DNA from: Bacteroidales bacterium
GTDB lineage: Bacteria > Bacteroidota > Bacteroidia > Bacteroidales > JAADJA01
Assembly: GCA_021740645.1 (NCBI GenBank)
Contig: JAIOZL010000003.1
Location: 50,179 to 114,178, forward strand
Direction of reading: 5' to 3'
DNA length: 64,000 nucleotides
Within the stretch, counting starts at the first letter, position 1; the number at the start of each line of letters is the position of its first letter. The notes beneath the pieces are model-generated. The model did no database searches. It was not told where the DNA came from and saw only the letters and a program-made list of their open reading frames with translations. Shown here piece after piece: positions 60,319 to 64,000 of the stretch. The position numbers and the translations under genes are program-made.

Positions 60319-61296
60319 ATGATTAATCAAATTAAAACTGAACATCTTGAAACTGTGATTAATAATCACTCTCAGGATATGACAAATAAAGTAGTAGTAA
60401 TTACCGGAACTACCAGTGGAACAGGTTATGTATGTGCAAGGGAAGTTGCTAAGAAAGGGGCAACCGTAATCCTTTTGAACCGTGAAAGTGAAAGGTCAAA
60501 AGATTCTTACAAACAACTTACTGGATCGGTTCCTTCCGGAAAATTTGACCCCATTGCATGTGATCTTCAAAACTTTAGTAGCATCAGATCTGCTATGGAG
60601 ATCATTAAATCCAGATATACACATATAGATGTACTGGTGAATAACGCCGGAGTGATGGCACTTAAAGATGAAGCCACGATAGATGGTTATGATGTACAGA
60701 TGCAAACCAATTGCATTTCTCATTTTTTAATTACCAAAGAGCTGTTTCCACTTCTGAGGAAAAGCAAGGAAGCCCGAATAGTAAATCATTCTTCCATGGC
60801 ACGATTAGGTGGCCCACTTGAATTGAAATATTTTGAGAAAAATGGTGGAAATCTGGGAGGCAATGGTACGGATGAGGCGAACGCAGGTTTTCAAGGCCCC
60901 CGCTGGGAGCGTTATCATCAAACAAAACTGGCAAATTGTGCATTTACCTATGGACTTAAAAAGAAGTTCGAAGAGAAAGGCATTACCAATGTTATTCCAC
61001 TTCTGGCTCATCCCGGCCTTGCACTCACCAAACTGCAAGTCACAACAGCGGCTGACGGAGGAATGGAAAGTAACAGTGGTTTAATGGCACAGGCTCAGAC
61101 AGCAGAAGATGGTGCAACCGGAATTATCCGGGCGGCAATGGATCAAAACGTTAAAGCTGGTGATTTCTTCGGGCCTTTAGCTGGTTGGAAAGGCTTTCCA
61201 GACCATATAACTCCCGAGGATTATTTATACAGCGATTCAAATATCAATATTAATTGGGAAGGATGTGAGAAGGCTGTTGGAAAGTTCGATATTTAA
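60319..61296 (+). CDS. SDR oxidoreductase (retinol-dehydrogenase/WWOX-like)
   Basis: TGTTSGTG, NNAGVMA, HSS, YHQTK, HPG. Confidence 0.9.
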   Translation: MINQIKTEHLETVINNHSQDMTNKVVVITGTTSGTGYVCAREVAKKGATVILLNRESERSKDSYKQLTGSVPSGKFDPIACDLQNFSSIRSAMEIIKSRYTHIDVLVNNAGVMALKDEATIDGYDVQMQTNCISHFLITKELFPLLRKSKEARIVNHSSMARLGGPLELKYFEKNGGNLGGNGTDEANAGFQGPRWERYHQTKLANCAFTYGLKKKFEEKGITNVIPLLAHPGLALTKLQVTTAADGGMESNSGLMAQAQTAEDGATGIIRAAMDQNVKAGDFFGPLAGWKGFPDHITPEDYLYSDSNININWEGCEKAVGKFDI

Positions 61297-61430
61297 TCAA
61301 AGTTAATACGTACCGGACCCGCCTGGAGTTCAAATCTTGAAAGTTCACTTAGCAGGTATTTCATACTAATTTGGTGAATTTTAATCTGTCCCATTCCTTC
61401 AAGGCAGAAGTCGCCCGGCAATATTCCATT

Positions 61431-61452
61431 GCCCTGGGTTCGATCCTGGGGT
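61431..61452. repeat. Short REP-like hairpin between convergent genes
   Basis: GCCCTGGG-TTCGAT-CCTGGGGT, imperfect stem. Confidence 0.35.
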
Positions 61453-61463
61453 GGGGGTGAGAC

Positions 61464-64000
61464 TTATGGAATAGTTTGATAAATAAAACCACCCAAAGGG
61501 CCATTATTATTCCCAACCAATATTATGGATTTATTTTTAGAATTTCCTAAATCAATTTTTAATAATGATTTTACATTACCAGTTGCCAAAAAGCCGCTTT
61601 GTAAAACAGGAACATAATTAAAGCCCCCTTTCGTGTCATTAAAAAACAAAGCTCCATTGGAAGCATCATACCGGGCTGTTTCAGGTTCAGTCCCAAAATT
61701 ATTTCCGGCGATTAATAAATCAGGAAATCCATCAGCATTAAAGTCTTCCGTTATTATTCCATTCAATTGTGAAAACTGAGCCTCAGCAGGTAGGGGGTGC
61801 AAATGCAAATTACCATTGTCATTCATAAGAATACAACTGCTGAATACTTTTGATTCAAGAACATAGGCTTTTGCCATTTCCTCCGGGCCAAGAATATCTT
61901 CTAGTTGCGCCAGCCCAAAGTCATTATAGGTTGGAAATTTTTCTACTATACCCGGCAACTGCAAAGATGAACATTCCCTTCCCCTAACAGGCAATTTTAC
62001 ATTATTGGATTCTTTCGCCAGGTACATATCCACCGAACCATTATGGTCGAAGTCGTTTAAGTAGACATATAAGGGACGATCCTCCCCCGGTTTGAACTTA
62101 TTGTTTTCACCTATATTTCCAATGATGTAATCGGTGTCACCGTCCAAATCCCAATCCACGGGAGCTATCCTGCTCCACCATCCTGAGCTTTCTGACAAGC
62201 CCATTTCATTGGTTATATTTGTAAATCGTCCGTTTTGATTCTCATATAAACTAACAGGCATCCACTCCCCGATTACCAAAAGATCTGGATCATCATCACC
62301 ATCAACATCCGTAAACAGAGCATCACTTACAAGGCCAGGGTTCGTTAAAGAGGGTGCATATATTTCAGTCACATCGCGAAATATTCCATTATTATTCTCG
62401 AGTAAAAAACTCCTGGGAGCAAGGGGGTATAATCCGGGAACCAGTCTTCCACCAACAAAAAGATCAATATCGCCATCCTGGTCAAAATCACCAGGACTGA
62501 CACTTAACCCACTTACCCACATTTCTGGTAGAGCTTTAGTATCACGGGCAAAATTCCCCTTGCCATCATTGATGTAAAGCCTGTCCTGCAAGTGCGGGTC
62601 ATTTTGATAATATTCGGCACCACCGCTTACGATATACAAATCAAGGTCGGCATCCTGATCTGCATCAAAAAACAGGCAATCCAAATCTTCAAACTCAATT
62701 TCAGCGCTCCAGGGTTGAGATGGAGCCAGGATAAATGTTCCTTTTGTTTGCTGCAGAAATAATTTCCCGGTTTGCAGGTAAGCACCGCCTAAATAAAAAT
62801 CCTCCAAACCATCCTGGTTAATATCACCCGCAGCTAACCAAGGGCCAAGTTCGGATTGCTTATGTGGCAATAATACTTCTTCGGTAAAATCATCAAAATC
62901 ATTTTCAATGTGTCTAACATTAACACCTAAATTTTTGGTATAATCGATAAATAGGCCAATCTTTGCCTTTGAATTAATAGGGCTTGTATAAAATTCATTC
63001 GAATCATATTCAATTTCCAGCATCTGGTTGACTTGAATATTTCCCATTTTTTGAACAAAGCCATCTGGCCATTCGATTATCAGACTATCGATCTGGCAGT
63101 TTGATGCTATCCCAAAGTGAAGCATGTATTCAACCGAAGATTGAAATCCCCTGGATGGATATAATGAAAGCATTTGCATTTGTTTCGCTGAGTATATCTT
63201 AACCTTTGATCCAACTGCAAAAGGATTGGAAGAAGGCCCATTCAATCTTATACTGATAAAATTACTTGCTTCCGTTTCCTGTTTCAGGTTTTGATATATA
63301 TTTGATGGTGCCTCCATGTTATTGACAATCACATCCAGATCACCATCCAAATCCAAATCGGCATAAGCAACGCCATTGGAATTGATGGGTTCAGATATTC
63401 CCCATTCCATGGTTTGATTTTTAAATTTCAATTTGTGGCTATTTTGAAAGATATAGTTAGGAATGGTTGCTGACGGCAGAGCCTGGGTAGCCTTCTTCCA
63501 TGACATACTCCCTTTTTCTTTTAACTCTTTCTCCATACTTATCCTGAAATCATTGTCCGTTACATCCTTTTTAATGCCGTTCGTAACAAAAAGGTCTTTC
63601 CAGCCGTCGTTGTCGAAGTCGGCCAAAAGTGGGGCCCAGCTCCAGTCTGTTTTAGAGATACCGGCCAACTGGCCTATCTCACTGAAAGGGCCAATCCCAT
63701 TATTCAGTTGAAGGGTATTGATCATGTATTGATAGTGATATCCATTCTCAACCAGGGTTCTGAAATTATCGGTATTCATGGAGGCCATCATCCGTTTCGA
63801 CCGAAGGTGACTTTCAGAAACCATATCCAAAACGATCAAATCCGCAAGGCCATCATTGTTCATATCTGCCAAATCAGATCCCATACTATAAAAGGAAGTG
63901 TGTTTGAAATATGCTTTTAAATTTTCAGAAAAACTACCATCCCTGTTATTGATGTATAAAAAATCAGGTTGATGGAAATCATTGGCCACATATATATCTT
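61464..64000 (-). CDS. FG-GAP/VCBS-repeat, ASPIC-UnbV (CRTAC1-like) protein, 5'-truncated
   Basis: Many DxDxDG..DL repeats, RGFQSS..LHFG..WPDG; frame is open to the window edge (DIYVANDF). Confidence 0.92.
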   Translation of the reverse strand, partial: DIYVANDFHQPDFLYINNRDGSFSENLKAYFKHTSFYSMGSDLADMNNDGLADLIVLDMVSESHLRSKRMMASMNTDNFRTLVENGYHYQYMINTLQLNNGIGPFSEIGQLAGISKTDWSWAPLLADFDNDGWKDLFVTNGIKKDVTDNDFRISMEKELKEKGSMSWKKATQALPSATIPNYIFQNSHKLKFKNQTMEWGISEPINSNGVAYADLDLDGDLDVIVNNMEAPSNIYQNLKQETEASNFISIRLNGPSSNPFAVGSKVKIYSAKQMQMLSLYPSRGFQSSVEYMLHFGIASNCQIDSLIIEWPDGFVQKMGNIQVNQMLEIEYDSNEFYTSPINSKAKIGLFIDYTKNLGVNVRHIENDFDDFTEEVLLPHKQSELGPWLAAGDINQDGLEDFYLGGAYLQTGKLFLQQTKGTFILAPSQPWSAEIEFEDLDCLFFDADQDADLDLYIVSGGAEYYQNDPHLQDRLYINDGKGNFARDTKALPEMWVSGLSVSPGDFDQDGDIDLFVGGRLVPGLYPLAPRSFLLENNNGIFRDVTEIYAPSLTNPGLVSDALFTDVDGDDDPDLLVIGEWMPVSLYENQNGRFTNITNEMGLSESSGWWSRIAPVDWDLDGDTDYIIGNIGENNKFKPGEDRPLYVYLNDFDHNGSVDMYLAKESNNVKLPVRGRECSSLQLPGIVEKFPTYNDFGLAQLEDILGPEEMAKAYVLESKVFSSCILMNDNGNLHLHPLPAEAQFSQLNGIITEDFNADGFPDLLIAGNNFGTEPETARYDASNGALFFNDTKGGFNYVPVLQSGFLATGNVKSLLKIDLGNSKNKSIILVGNNNGPLGGFIYQTIP

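Overview
AT-rich chromosomal window from a Bacteroidota bacterium, most likely an environmental Bacteroidales. Support: TAnnTTTG promoters, a SusC/SusD pair, T9SS C-terminal domains and the parA-parB-DUF5683-dapB block. Positions 1-37.8 kb are mostly housekeeping: three tRNAs, ROK kinase with an MFS sugar permease, a hybrid kinase, pepE, putP, rpsP-rimM, FadL with a GDSL lipase, rdgB, miaA, cca, parAB, dapB, rluD and ddl, plus several secreted proteins. Positions 37.9-47.8 kb form a candidate N-glycan utilisation locus (SusC, SusD, secreted PNGase F, DUF4838/GH163-like lipoprotein). Positions 48.6-57.6 kb are accessory and hold the best finding: an ECF sigma factor, a membrane TPR anti-sigma factor and a membrane-anchored caspase-like TPR-CHAT protease. 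The same 27-bp motif, GGGTT[AC]CTTTT-N10-ATGGAT, occurs three times there with identical spacing. It lies in front of the sigma gene, a T9SS-secreted dockerin/cohesin-like gene and a stand-alone T9SS-CTD gene, which suggests a self-contained protease-controlled regulon. Also seen: a doubly frameshifted wHTH plus TIR/NDT-like pseudogene, a nested palindromic MITE/REP element, and a half copy of that REP in frame inside a CotH-kinase gene. No CRISPR array, integrase or transposase was seen. All family assignments come from motif recognition by eye, not database searches.
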